Below, piece by piece: positions 43,744 to 51,764 of a DNA stretch of 64,000 nt. The stretch comes from Escherichia coli phage phiS. Numbering within the stretch: the stretch's first letter is position 1; every line of letters starts with the position of its first letter. The stretch is from the sequence record PP449093.1; one strand, given 5' to 3'. The translations under genes were made by a program, and so were the position numbers. The notes under the pieces were generated by a model. That model did no database searches. It saw only the letters and a list, made by a program, of their open reading frames with translations, and had not been told where the DNA came from.

Positions 43744-44277
43744 ATGTCTGGTTTTAAGATGTGGGATGATTTTACACAAAAAGAAATTAGAGATAAGTAT
43801 AAACACGTTAATGGTATATTGTACCATTTGAAAGACAGTGGAAAGAATGGTCGATGGTATAAGGCAGGAGACCCGGTTAAAGTTTATAAAAATAGTCGAG
43901 GTTATCTATGTTTTAAGTTTTGGCGCAGTGATGGCTATTCTTTGGTCATTAAAGTTCATAGGGTTGTTTGGTATCTTGAACATGGTACGCAAGTTAAAAT
44001 GATCGACCATGTAGATAGAAACCGAGAAAATAATGCACCGGATAACTTGAGAGAATCCACTTCTCAGGAAAATGCATTCAATCGCGGAAAACTTGATGGT
44101 TGTAAGAGCAAGTATAAAGGAGTGATTAGAACACAGAATAACAAATGGTGTGCTCAGATATCAATCAATCGTAGAAAGGTCCATTTGGGCGTCTTTCTTG
44201 ACGAAGTTGATGCTGCAAAGGCTTATGACGAAGCAGCAAAGGAACATTTTGGAGATTATGCTAGTTTAAATTTTTAG
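43744..44277 (+). CDS. HNH-AP2 homing endonuclease (copy 1)
   Basis: HNH core (HRVVWYLEHG, IDHVDRNRENN) followed by AP2-like DNA-binding domain (YKGV, KW.A.I, LG.F, EAA.AYD); paralog of 52200..52775. Confidence 0.75.
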   Translation: MSGFKMWDDFTQKEIRDKYKHVNGILYHLKDSGKNGRWYKAGDPVKVYKNSRGYLCFKFWRSDGYSLVIKVHRVVWYLEHGTQVKMIDHVDRNRENNAPDNLRESTSQENAFNRGKLDGCKSKYKGVIRTQNNKWCAQISINRRKVHLGVFLDEVDAAKAYDEAAKEHFGDYASLNF

Positions 44278-44308
44278 TTGATAAATATTTTCATTTAAGG
44301 AATCGTAA

Positions 44309-44899
44309 ATGTCCAATCTCTTTAACTATGCTAACCCTAGCAACTGGCAGATTGCCATTCCAGATGGTCAACTAACAAAAGGCTTTACTTTAAACTGTCA
44401 AGGTGTTACACTTCCGGCTATAACCATTCCACCGACTAAACAAGTTGCTGGTCAATATGGTTTGGCGGTTGCTGATTATCCGTCTAGTCATGTAGAGTTT
44501 GACCCGCTGGTAGTCCGGTTTATTGTCGATGAGCATTTGGAAAGTTATCTAAACCTTTACACATGGATGCTTTCTATAGTAGACTACAATAACGGTAACT
44601 CCACAGCGTGGAAGGATTCAATGCCGGAAGCCGTTCAAGTTCACATGATGGACAACGAACGCCGTAACATTGTGTGCACTTTTAACTTTTATGGTTGTTG
44701 GTGTTCACAATTGGGGGAACTTGAGTTAACATACACCGATGATATGCATGAATCTCTGGTGTGTACTGCAATTCTTCCCTTTAAAACAATGAGCATTGAA
44801 CGTGATGGTCAACTGATCGTTCCTCGCCCAGCAATTCAGGCGGCGGATCGTCAGAGGGTGGAAGGTATTAAAGCTATGCACCCTGCTTTTAGAAAGTAA
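44309..44899 (+). CDS. 3: gp3-like tail completion protein (by position)
   Basis: 196 aa between genes 2 and 1. Confidence 0.45.
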   Translation: MSNLFNYANPSNWQIAIPDGQLTKGFTLNCQGVTLPAITIPPTKQVAGQYGLAVADYPSSHVEFDPLVVRFIVDEHLESYLNLYTWMLSIVDYNNGNSTAWKDSMPEAVQVHMMDNERRNIVCTFNFYGCWCSQLGELELTYTDDMHESLVCTAILPFKTMSIERDGQLIVPRPAIQAADRQRVEGIKAMHPAFRK

Positions 44900-44914
44900 T
44901 AAGAGGCTTATATA

Positions 44915-45571
44915 ATGAAATTGATTGCACTTTGTGGTAAAAAGCGAGTAGGAAAAGACACTGCCGCGTTAATCATTGATGGACATAGTTATCAACTGGC
45001 AGCACCGATCAAAGAAATATTGTGCGAATGTCAACCAGACTTAGGTCTGACTTATCTTGACTTTGACGGGTTAGGGCGTGACAGAGAATCCGATCTAGGT
45101 ATTGATACCTATACCGCGCATAAGTGGTTTATTCAGTGTCTTCTTATGCTAGATTCGAAGTATGGTGGTAGTTCCTTTACTTGTGATCGTCTGGCTGAGA
45201 TTTACAAGGTCGTTAATGAGATTGGCGAAAAACATAATAACGTCTGGTCTATTCGTCTCATGTTAACCACTCTCGGTACTGATATAATGGTTAACTTGAT
45301 CAATCCGCTTTATTGGTGTAATCTCTTCGTGGATGAGTTTATGAAGCGCAAAAATGAAGAAGGTTATTTTGTAGTGGTTGATGTGCGTCAGCCTATTGAA
45401 ATTGCTCTCGTGCGTGCTATGGGTGCTAAGGTGTTGCATATTCAGCGTGATACTGGTATTGTATCGACTCACTCCACCGAAAAAGGAATTTTGCCTATTG
45501 ACGGTGAAACCATTATCATAAATAATGGTACATTAGAAGAATTTGAAAGCGCGATTCTCGCGAACATTTAA
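44915..45571 (+). CDS. 1: deoxynucleoside monophosphate kinase gp1
   Basis: P-loop GKKRVGKDT and similarity to T4 gp1 (LGTD..VN, YW). Confidence 0.85.
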   Translation: MKLIALCGKKRVGKDTAALIIDGHSYQLAAPIKEILCECQPDLGLTYLDFDGLGRDRESDLGIDTYTAHKWFIQCLLMLDSKYGGSSFTCDRLAEIYKVVNEIGEKHNNVWSIRLMLTTLGTDIMVNLINPLYWCNLFVDEFMKRKNEEGYFVVVDVRQPIEIALVRAMGAKVLHIQRDTGIVSTHSTEKGILPIDGETIIINNGTLEEFESAILANI

Positions 45572-45603
45572 TAAAAAGTTATCAACAAGTAGGAGATGTG
45601 AAT

Positions 45604-45864
45604 ATGTCCAATCAGCATGAACAAATGATTAATGTCCTGAAAGTACGTCTGTTTGACACTCAAGAAAAGGCCGCATTCTTAGAAGGCCAACTGAAAGATC
45701 GTGAGCGTGTATTGATGGAACTGGTACGCATTCTGGGTATTCAGCCAGACGAAAACGGCACTGTTTCCCTTGATGCTATTGTCGAAGAAGTGAAAGCACT
45801 TCTCCCTAAAGACGAAGCCGCAGAAGAAGCAGAAGAGGAAGTAGAACTGATCAAGGAGGCTTGA
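45604..45864 (+). CDS. 57A: gp57A-like coiled-coil chaperone
   Basis: ATG with AGGAG RBS (track start 45598 is GTG); acidic C-terminal tail; position. Confidence 0.5.
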   Translation: MSNQHEQMINVLKVRLFDTQEKAAFLEGQLKDRERVLMELVRILGIQPDENGTVSLDAIVEEVKALLPKDEAAEEAEEEVELIKEA

Positions 45865-45866
45865 TT

Positions 45867-46331
45867 ATGACCCCGTTTAGAGAATCCGTTAAAGGTACAT
45901 ATGCGGCGGTTAAATTCACTGAGGATACACTAGACCGCATTGAAAAATTGCAGGAGTTCTACGATCTGCCTAATGCCGTTCCTCGTGATAAACTGCATAG
46001 CACTATCTTATATTCTCGTGTCTATGTTCCGTTTATCCCAGAAGAAGGGGAGAAGTTCTTAGGCTCTCTATGCCATCTGAAAGTGTTTGAAACTCAATCC
46101 GGTACTAATGCGCTTGTGCTGGCATTTGAAAGCGACTACATGCAATTCAGACACGATATCGGCACTGCTTTAGGTGCGACGTGGGATTATCCTGAATATG
46201 TACCGCATATCACGCTTTCTTATGATGTTGGTGCGCGTAAATTTGGCACTGACCTAGAGTTTGATTTAGAGATTGTCCGATCTCATGAGTATGTCGAAGA
46301 TCTAGACCTGGAGTGGACGACCAAACTGTAA
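45867..46331 (+). CDS. 2H phosphoesterase superfamily protein (position of T4 57B)
   Basis: Two H-x-T/S-x motifs (LHSTIL and PHITLS) with appropriate spacing; AAGGAGG RBS before ATG at 45867. Confidence 0.55.
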   Translation: MTPFRESVKGTYAAVKFTEDTLDRIEKLQEFYDLPNAVPRDKLHSTILYSRVYVPFIPEEGEKFLGSLCHLKVFETQSGTNALVLAFESDYMQFRHDIGTALGATWDYPEYVPHITLSYDVGARKFGTDLEFDLEIVRSHEYVEDLDLEWTTKL

Positions 46332-46338
46332 TTTTATA

Positions 46339-46363
46339 CCCCGAAAATTTTTCGGGGTTTTTT
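46339..46363 (+). terminator. rho-independent terminator
   Basis: ccccgaaaa...ttttcgggg hairpin followed by tttttt. Confidence 0.7.
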
Positions 46364-46374
46364 GTTTTTAGGTG

Positions 46375-46403
46375 TTGACAACCATAAACGACTATAGCAT
46401 AAT
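46375..46403 (+). promoter_or_regulatory. early promoter cassette P1 (TTGACA-17-CATAAT + conserved leader)
   Basis: Followed by atcgaaacgaaacac leader and ggagaatcaaaATG. Confidence 0.6.
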
Positions 46404-46440
46404 GCACATATCGAAACGAAACACATTTAGGAGAATCAAA

Positions 46441-46818
46441 ATGATGATGATGTTTAAAGATAAGTTCGAATGTCACTACACCCGTAACTTTTACTTAGTA
46501 TCCCGCTACTACATTCATAAAGAAACTGGTACGCAAGTAGTTCTTGAATCTCACAGCGAAGTAGGATTCGATTCAACAAAAGTAGCAATTAGTGCTCGCT
46601 TCTGGGATAACGGCAAATTTGCTTATATCGCTTGGAACGACGACGAAAATGTAATTACAGTAGCTTTCGGTGATGACTACTACACTAAAAAGACTTTCGA
46701 TAGCAAGCCATCAAATGAATACCTGAAAGCGTATGTGCAGCACATGTTCCAACGTGTTCTGACCGGAATGGAAATCAATGTCATGAAAGACATTGTAGAC
46801 GAAGTAAAATTTTCTTAA
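46441..46818 (+). CDS. hypothetical early protein (125 aa)
   Basis: ATG at 46441 with conserved RBS (track ORF begins upstream inside the promoter). Confidence 0.5.
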   Translation: MMMMFKDKFECHYTRNFYLVSRYYIHKETGTQVVLESHSEVGFDSTKVAISARFWDNGKFAYIAWNDDENVITVAFGDDYYTKKTFDSKPSNEYLKAYVQHMFQRVLTGMEINVMKDIVDEVKFS

Positions 46819-46824
46819 AAACAG

Positions 46825-46853
46825 TTGACAACATGAAACGGGGGTAGTAAGAT
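46825..46853 (+). promoter_or_regulatory. early promoter cassette P2 (TTGACA-17-TAAGAT)
   Basis: Conserved leader and aggagaatcaaaATG. Confidence 0.55.
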
Positions 46854-46884
46854 ACACCCACAAACAAACGAAAGGAGAATCAAA

Positions 46885-47043
46885 ATGAAATTTATCGGTA
46901 AAACTTTTATGTTCGTAGCTGGTACTCTGTTTACTGCAACTCTGTTAGCTGGTGGCTTAGATATCTTTACTGCATTTGAAACTTTCGGGTATACTGTAGC
47001 ATCGGGTGCTCTCTTCGGATTGGGTTTAGCGATTAGCAAATAA
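46885..47043 (+). CDS. small membrane peptide (52 aa)
   Basis: Hydrophobic, Gly-rich; conserved RBS; below ORF-track cutoff. Confidence 0.45.
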   Translation: MKFIGKTFMFVAGTLFTATLLAGGLDIFTAFETFGYTVASGALFGLGLAISK

Positions 47044-47052
47044 GGTGATAAT

Positions 47053-47256
47053 ATGGAATTTGATATGGTTAAAGCAAAATTTATGGGTAAGGATAAGAGC
47101 GGTAAAACATTTGTTATTAATAGAACATTGTTTCGCTCTGACCTTAAGTGGGTAACACAACAATTTGCGGAAGTCAACGAGGCAGTTGTGACATGCTTCG
47201 TTGATGGTAAAAAAGTTTTTGAAATTGATCGTCGTGGGATGTCTAATGATCACTAA
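47053..47256 (+). CDS. hypothetical early protein (67 aa)
   Basis: ORF in tight array. Confidence 0.4.
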   Translation: MEFDMVKAKFMGKDKSGKTFVINRTLFRSDLKWVTQQFAEVNEAVVTCFVDGKKVFEIDRRGMSNDH

Positions 47257-47443
47257 ACTGTTTAGCAATACTTTGTTTCTGATTGTATTTGTTTTCTTTC
47301 TGTGTCTGATGACCGGTGTTGTTACAGTAGGTAGCTATTCCGGTATTACCTTAGATGATTTTTGTGATCTTGTTTTAGTGTCGTTTATTCCTAGTCTACT
47401 GGTCGCTTTATGTAGTGCTTTAATGTGGGTTTGTAAGCTATGA
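47246..47443 (+). CDS. small membrane protein (65 aa)
   Basis: Internal ATG (M16 of track ORF) overlapping upstream stop; two hydrophobic segments. Confidence 0.35.
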   Translation: MITKLFSNTLFLIVFVFFLCLMTGVVTVGSYSGITLDDFCDLVLVSFIPSLLVALCSALMWVCKL

Positions 47444-47531
47444 ACGAAATAGACCGAATGATGTTGATAGGTGGACCGGAGTCCACTAAATTTGATGCAA
47501 TTCTTATTGCGTTGGGTTTTCTTATGATCTT

Positions 47532-47771
47532 TTGTATGGTTGCGCTATGAGTAGTATAAAATATTTCGCTTTCTTGTGCTTTATGATGTTCTTTACATTC
47601 TTAGCATGTGTTTTCTTTACCTGGCTTGCTCATGTTGATAATGCAACCGGACCGTTTTACTTCTTCTGTGTATTGTCTGTGTTGACTGGTGCTCTTGTTA
47701 CGTGGATGATTCGAGATTGTTATGGAATGTATAAGTTTGAAAAGACTCGACCGAAATTGGGCAAACGATGA
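47532..47771 (+). CDS. small membrane protein (79 aa)
   Basis: Two hydrophobic helices. Confidence 0.4.
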   Translation: MYGCAMSSIKYFAFLCFMMFFTFLACVFFTWLAHVDNATGPFYFFCVLSVLTGALVTWMIRDCYGMYKFEKTRPKLGKR

Positions 47772-47950
47772 AATTATTTGCGTGGCTAATTATTTTAAAT
47801 GTAATTGTTAAGACCGTTCTCGCTGGTCTGATGATGGCGCATAGCACCGAACCAGAAGAAGCATTAACGTATTTTGTTGCTTATGTGTTGGGATTCTTGC
47901 TTACTGCGTGGATGTGTGATGAATATCGAAGAATTGAGGTAAAACCATGA
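47768..47950 (+). CDS. small membrane protein (60 aa)
   Basis: ATGA overlap; hydrophobic. Confidence 0.4.
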   Translation: MKLFAWLIILNVIVKTVLAGLMMAHSTEPEEALTYFVAYVLGFLLTAWMCDEYRRIEVKP

Positions 47951-48165
47951 AAATGACTTTTTATATCTTAGCAAGTATCATGCTTGTGATCTCTTCTGCA
48001 CTATTTGCATTTCTTACCGTTTGGGGGATCTGTACTGATGCGAAGCCGTGGGATATCGTAGAAAATACGGTTATGTTTATTATTAGTGTCATGTGTCTTT
48101 TTGATGCATTTAACTCTATCAAGGAAGAAGATCAAAAACGTCGCGAGAGAAAGCGATATAAATAA
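47947..48165 (+). CDS. small membrane protein (72 aa)
   Basis: ATGA overlap; hydrophobic with basic C-terminus. Confidence 0.4.
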   Translation: MKMTFYILASIMLVISSALFAFLTVWGICTDAKPWDIVENTVMFIISVMCLFDAFNSIKEEDQKRRERKRYK

Positions 48166-48316
48166 TAGTGAACTAAAGACAGCGCGGTTAGAATGATTTG
48201 GACGTCACCTAGCCGCATTTATTACAGCGTATGTTGGCGATCCGGTACGCTAAAGCATTCACTTGCTAGGCCGCTAGCAGGTTGGAGACAAGGAAGATTC
48301 GCTACCTTCCCTATAA

Positions 48317-48340
48317 GCCACTCTTCGGAGTGGCTTTTTT
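48317..48340 (+). terminator. rho-independent terminator
   Basis: gccactc-ttcg-gagtggc hairpin followed by tttttt. Confidence 0.7.
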
Positions 48341-48367
48341 ATTGCCTAAAATTTTTTAAAAAAGTTG

Positions 48368-48396
48368 TTGACACCAGATCCGGCCTATAGCATAAT
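48368..48396 (+). promoter_or_regulatory. early promoter cassette P3 (TTGACA-17-CATAAT)
   Basis: Conserved leader acacccatcgaaacgaaacac. Confidence 0.6.
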
Positions 48397-48442
48397 ACAC
48401 CCATCGAAACGAAACACACTTTCTTAAACGGAGAATCAAATT

Positions 48443-48628
48443 ATGGCACGTCGCATCACTAAAGCACTGAAAGCAGTAAGCAAAGAAAACGTAGTAGCTA
48501 TTCTGGTAATCTGGGGTTATAACGAAGAATCCGCTAAACAGAAAGTTGAAGCAGGGTTTGAACTGGCAGTAAAAGCAATGCCGAATGATGACTCTGTAGG
48601 ACTGGCAAACTATATTGCATATTTCTGA
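48443..48628 (+). CDS. hypothetical early protein (61 aa)
   Basis: Conserved RBS. Confidence 0.45.
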   Translation: MARRITKALKAVSKENVVAILVIWGYNEESAKQKVEAGFELAVKAMPNDDSVGLANYIAYF

Positions 48629-48636
48629 TAAAAGTG

Positions 48637-48665
48637 TTGACAGGGGAGGATAACTCCCCTACAAT
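48637..48665 (+). promoter_or_regulatory. early promoter cassette P4 (TTGACA-17-TACAAT, palindromic spacer GGGGAG..CTCCCC)
   Basis: Spacer is a perfect inverted repeat. Confidence 0.55.
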
Positions 48666-48694
48666 ACAAACATCAACGAAACGGGAGAATCAAA

Positions 48695-48916
48695 ATGATT
48701 AACTTTAAAGACGCAGCAAAAGAAATTATCGACTTTGAGCGTGAACTGTTTGAGATGGAACCAAATATGAGTAAACTGGAATTGGCTAACCAGATCTGGT
48801 GCTCTAAGATGAATCCATCCGACCGCTTAGAAGTTATGAACATCGTAGGCGAAGTGAAAGGTAGTGCATTAATGAAACTCCGCGCTTGTCACGCTTACAT
48901 CGCTGATCAACTATAA
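48695..48916 (+). CDS. hypothetical early protein (73 aa)
   Basis: Conserved RBS. Confidence 0.45.
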   Translation: MINFKDAAKEIIDFERELFEMEPNMSKLELANQIWCSKMNPSDRLEVMNIVGEVKGSALMKLRACHAYIADQL

Positions 48917-48925
48917 GGGGGTAAT

Positions 48926-49120
48926 ATGGGGGATAAACCATTAGTACAACTAAGAGTACGCTATAACCAGATTTTAGCATTACTTAAAGCTGAGGGTGTA
49001 GACCCATCGGACCGCGAGGCTGTAAAAGCGTGTCTATCTGATACGGTACAGCCAAAACATAATTTTGCTTGTTATATGTACTTTTACAATAGGTTGAATA
49101 GACCGTTTGAGTTTGAATAA
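48926..49120 (+). CDS. hypothetical early protein (64 aa)
   Basis: ORF with GGGGG RBS. Confidence 0.4.
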   Translation: MGDKPLVQLRVRYNQILALLKAEGVDPSDREAVKACLSDTVQPKHNFACYMYFYNRLNRPFEFE

Positions 49121-49142
49121 CGTTAAGTGTTGAGGTGATACT

Positions 49143-49331
49143 ATGGAAGACCAAATTGAACAATTACGCGAATCCGCTAAAGAGCATGGTATGAGCGAAG
49201 CGTTTGTAGAATGGTTTATCTCTAAAAAGGTTGATTCCTGCGGGTGCTTTAACTTCCTTACTATGTCCATTATGTGGGAAGGTTGGAAAGGTGCTGTAGA
49301 AACTGCTCTAGAAATTATGAAAAAAGACTAA
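49143..49331 (+). CDS. hypothetical early protein (62 aa)
   Basis: ORF with GAGGTGA RBS. Confidence 0.4.
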   Translation: MEDQIEQLRESAKEHGMSEAFVEWFISKKVDSCGCFNFLTMSIMWEGWKGAVETALEIMKKD

Positions 49332-49339
49332 AAAAGTTG

Positions 49340-49368
49340 TTGACACGCGAGAGGGTGTATAGCATAAT
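49340..49368 (+). promoter_or_regulatory. early promoter cassette P5 (TTGACA-17-CATAAT, inverted repeat GGGTGTA/TACACCC around -10)
   Basis: Conserved leader. Confidence 0.6.
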
Positions 49369-49410
49369 ACACCCATCGAAACGAAACACGAACTACTAAG
49401 GAGTATCAAA

Positions 49411-49737
49411 ATGAAACCAGTATCTGTTAAAGTTATCTTCTCTGAATCTTCTGTATTCGCTAACGCAAACGAAGTATTCCACTTCGAAGACTTCGAGCGT
49501 AAAGCACAGGACGCGGCAGCAAAAGCCTATGAAAGCGAATATGACAAAACTCAAATCGAGGTTACTTTCGAAAACGGCACTACTTACGCTTGCCGCCTTG
49601 ACCTGGGTGATCGTCTGTCTGGCTTCCGTCACCATGTAGAGAAGACAATCGCTTTCTCTAAAACCGAAAAAGGAAAACACTACTTTTCTGTTTTCGGTAC
49701 TAAAAATCTGGATTTCTTGAAAACTGTTTCTTTCTAA
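49411..49737 (+). CDS. hypothetical early protein (108 aa)
   Basis: Conserved RBS. Confidence 0.5.
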   Translation: MKPVSVKVIFSESSVFANANEVFHFEDFERKAQDAAAKAYESEYDKTQIEVTFENGTTYACRLDLGDRLSGFRHHVEKTIAFSKTEKGKHYFSVFGTKNLDFLKTVSF

Positions 49738-49745
49738 GGTATATT

Positions 49746-49928
49746 ATGAAAAAGATTAATTGGTTAGCGAACATAGGCGCGGTCTGCGCCTTTAACATCC
49801 TCGGATGGATAATGTTACATTTTGATGAGCGAGTTTCAAAATGTGAGGGTGCATTGATTCTCGGATCTGCTAGCATATTCATTATGCTGTATGTAATTGC
49901 TGTTGACTTAAGCCGCGAGGATTGTTAA
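49746..49928 (+). CDS. small membrane protein (60 aa)
   Basis: Hydrophobic. Confidence 0.4.
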   Translation: MKKINWLANIGAVCAFNILGWIMLHFDERVSKCEGALILGSASIFIMLYVIAVDLSREDC

Positions 49929-49929
49929 T

Positions 49930-50124
49930 ATGAATATTACTAATACGGCTATCGGATTTTCTAGCGCCTTTGCTAGTTTCTTTGCGCTGGTCTGTATGTT
50001 TGTTTTTATTCCTGTTGTATATCTTGGATATTGTGATATTGAAATTGCATTGATTGCTGGGATCTATATGTGGGTTGCGGTCTTTGTTCTTTCTGTTATA
50101 ATGTGCAAGATTATTGACCATTGA
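49930..50124 (+). CDS. small membrane protein (64 aa)
   Basis: Hydrophobic. Confidence 0.4.
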   Translation: MNITNTAIGFSSAFASFFALVCMFVFIPVVYLGYCDIEIALIAGIYMWVAVFVLSVIMCKIIDH

Positions 50125-50146
50125 TTAACTATGTGAGGATTATACT

Positions 50147-50467
50147 ATGAGCAAACTGTTTGAAACTCCGCGTGAAATTCTAATTGATAAGCTGAAACAA
50201 CGTGGTTTTAAAATCAAAGATGCAACCAAATACAGCCGAATTGATGAAATTAAGTTGCATTCTCTTGATGAACTGGTAGAATATGTTGCGGCAGTGGCTG
50301 ATCCGCAGTTTGATGTGATTGTAGGTGACGTTGAATATCTCGATAATGTATATTCATTCTTCACTTATGGTAAAATTGTGTCTGTGAAAATATCATTCTG
50401 TGAAAATGTGGAGGTGCTTGCTAGTGAACCAGAAAAACCAACTGACAACGGTCCTACGGCAGCGTAA
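50147..50467 (+). CDS. hypothetical protein (106 aa)
   Basis: GAGG RBS. Confidence 0.45.
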   Translation: MSKLFETPREILIDKLKQRGFKIKDATKYSRIDEIKLHSLDELVEYVAAVADPQFDVIVGDVEYLDNVYSFFTYGKIVSVKISFCENVEVLASEPEKPTDNGPTAA

Positions 50468-50738
50468 CAAGGAAGACCGTCTGATTTATGCGCTGGCGGT
50501 TATCCTTGAAAAAGAATTACCGGATCTTGATGTAGTTTTTACTGACCGACCAGTAGGCCAACGTTACGGAGGATATGACAGCCTAGTTTATCCATCATAT
50601 AGCATTGAAATGTGGGTAGAAGATTTTAAAAACTTGGCTGATACATCTAAACCGCTTTATTTGTGGGATGTTGAGTATAATTGCGATCCTAACTGGCCTG
50701 GCATTAATGTTTATGCGTCTATGACTTTAAAGGTGTGA
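50400..50738 (+). CDS. hypothetical protein, 5' end overlapping previous ORF by 68 nt (true start uncertain)
   Basis: No in-frame Met downstream of the overlap; possible frameshift or long overlap. Confidence 0.3.
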   Translation: MKMWRCLLVNQKNQLTTVLRQRNKEDRLIYALAVILEKELPDLDVVFTDRPVGQRYGGYDSLVYPSYSIEMWVEDFKNLADTSKPLYLWDVEYNCDPNWPGINVYASMTLKV

Positions 50739-50960
50739 TAATGGTTGAACAAATGTTAACTTCAATGGTAATGGCTTTCTGTGTGGGTGTTGTTCTGTTT
50801 GCGATGATTCCAAAAGACCGAATGAATCTGCTTGTTGCTGTGTGTTTGGGTGTGGTTAGCGGTTGGTGTGGAATCGTTCTAGAACACGCTCTGCGATGAT
50901 TAACAATGCGGGTAGGGTAATGTACTACCCGCACTAAATTAGCTCACTGGAGGGCTTTCT

Positions 50961-51149
50961 ATGGCGTTTTGTCTATGGTTGCTTATAGTATGCTTTGTAA
51001 TTGGTTTATGCTTCTATACTGGCGTATTCTGTTTTGTCGCCTGGATAGACGGCGGATTCTCTAATATCATTTTGCTTGCAGGATCAATTGCCTCGTTTCT
51101 GTTTATTTGGCTATTTTCATATTTGATTGGTGAATGGGATTTATTATGA
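50961..51149 (+). CDS. small membrane protein (62 aa)
   Basis: Hydrophobic. Confidence 0.4.
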   Translation: MAFCLWLLIVCFVIGLCFYTGVFCFVAWIDGGFSNIILLAGSIASFLFIWLFSYLIGEWDLL

Positions 51150-51325
51150 ACAAATATATGTTTTGGGCGACCATTGCCTATGTTGTGATTGCGGTAGTAT
51201 GGGGATTCTGTGTTATTGTCGCTTCTCTGATCTGGTGGGAATCACTTGGTGCGGGTTGTCTGATTAGCGGCGCATCATGTCTTATCACTGGCGTGATTGT
51301 TGGTTTTCTTGTGTCGGAGGCTTGA
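51134..51325 (+). CDS. small membrane protein (63 aa)
   Basis: Hydrophobic. Confidence 0.4.
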   Translation: MGFIMNKYMFWATIAYVVIAVVWGFCVIVASLIWWESLGAGCLISGASCLITGVIVGFLVSEA

Positions 51326-51327
51326 CA

Positions 51328-51543
51328 ATGGTTTTCTTCGGTCTTATTATAATGGTGCTTAATGTCATTTGTGGCGTTGCTATGTTAGCTATGGCCTTTA
51401 CTGTTCCTATGTCTGTTGATAGCGCCGCATCCGTAGGTGTGTTGGGAATTGTAAACCTGTTTACCGCCCTAGCATGTTGGATCACCGGACGCGATGAGGT
51501 AATGTATTACTTTTATAAACGTAAACAGAGAAAAGGAAAATAA
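51328..51543 (+). CDS. small membrane protein (71 aa)
   Basis: ATG at 51328 with GGAGG RBS (track ORF starts upstream). Confidence 0.4.
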   Translation: MVFFGLIIMVLNVICGVAMLAMAFTVPMSVDSAASVGVLGIVNLFTALACWITGRDEVMYYFYKRKQRKGK

Positions 51544-51544
51544 T

Positions 51545-51736
51545 ATGAAATTTGCATTTGGTTTTACCGTGATGTTGATTATTGCTCTGAGTATGTGTAC
51601 CGGAATGCTTGTATTTGGTCTTGCAAACGGGTTTAGCATTTATAATAATCAGTGGGTTGATTGGGGAATGGTTGTCGTTAATGCGATCCTGATTGGTGCT
51701 AATACAAGAAATCTATGCAGGATCGCCGGAATCTAA
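51545..51736 (+). CDS. small membrane protein (63 aa)
   Basis: Hydrophobic. Confidence 0.4.
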   Translation: MKFAFGFTVMLIIALSMCTGMLVFGLANGFSIYNNQWVDWGMVVVNAILIGANTRNLCRIAGI

Positions 51737-51764
51737 ATATTATCACTCACAAAGGGGGTGAATA

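Noticed and set aside
48193-48390. 65-aa ORF in the gap before promoter P3
   Set aside because: Spans a rho-independent terminator hairpin and runs into the -35 region of the next promoter; no RBS.
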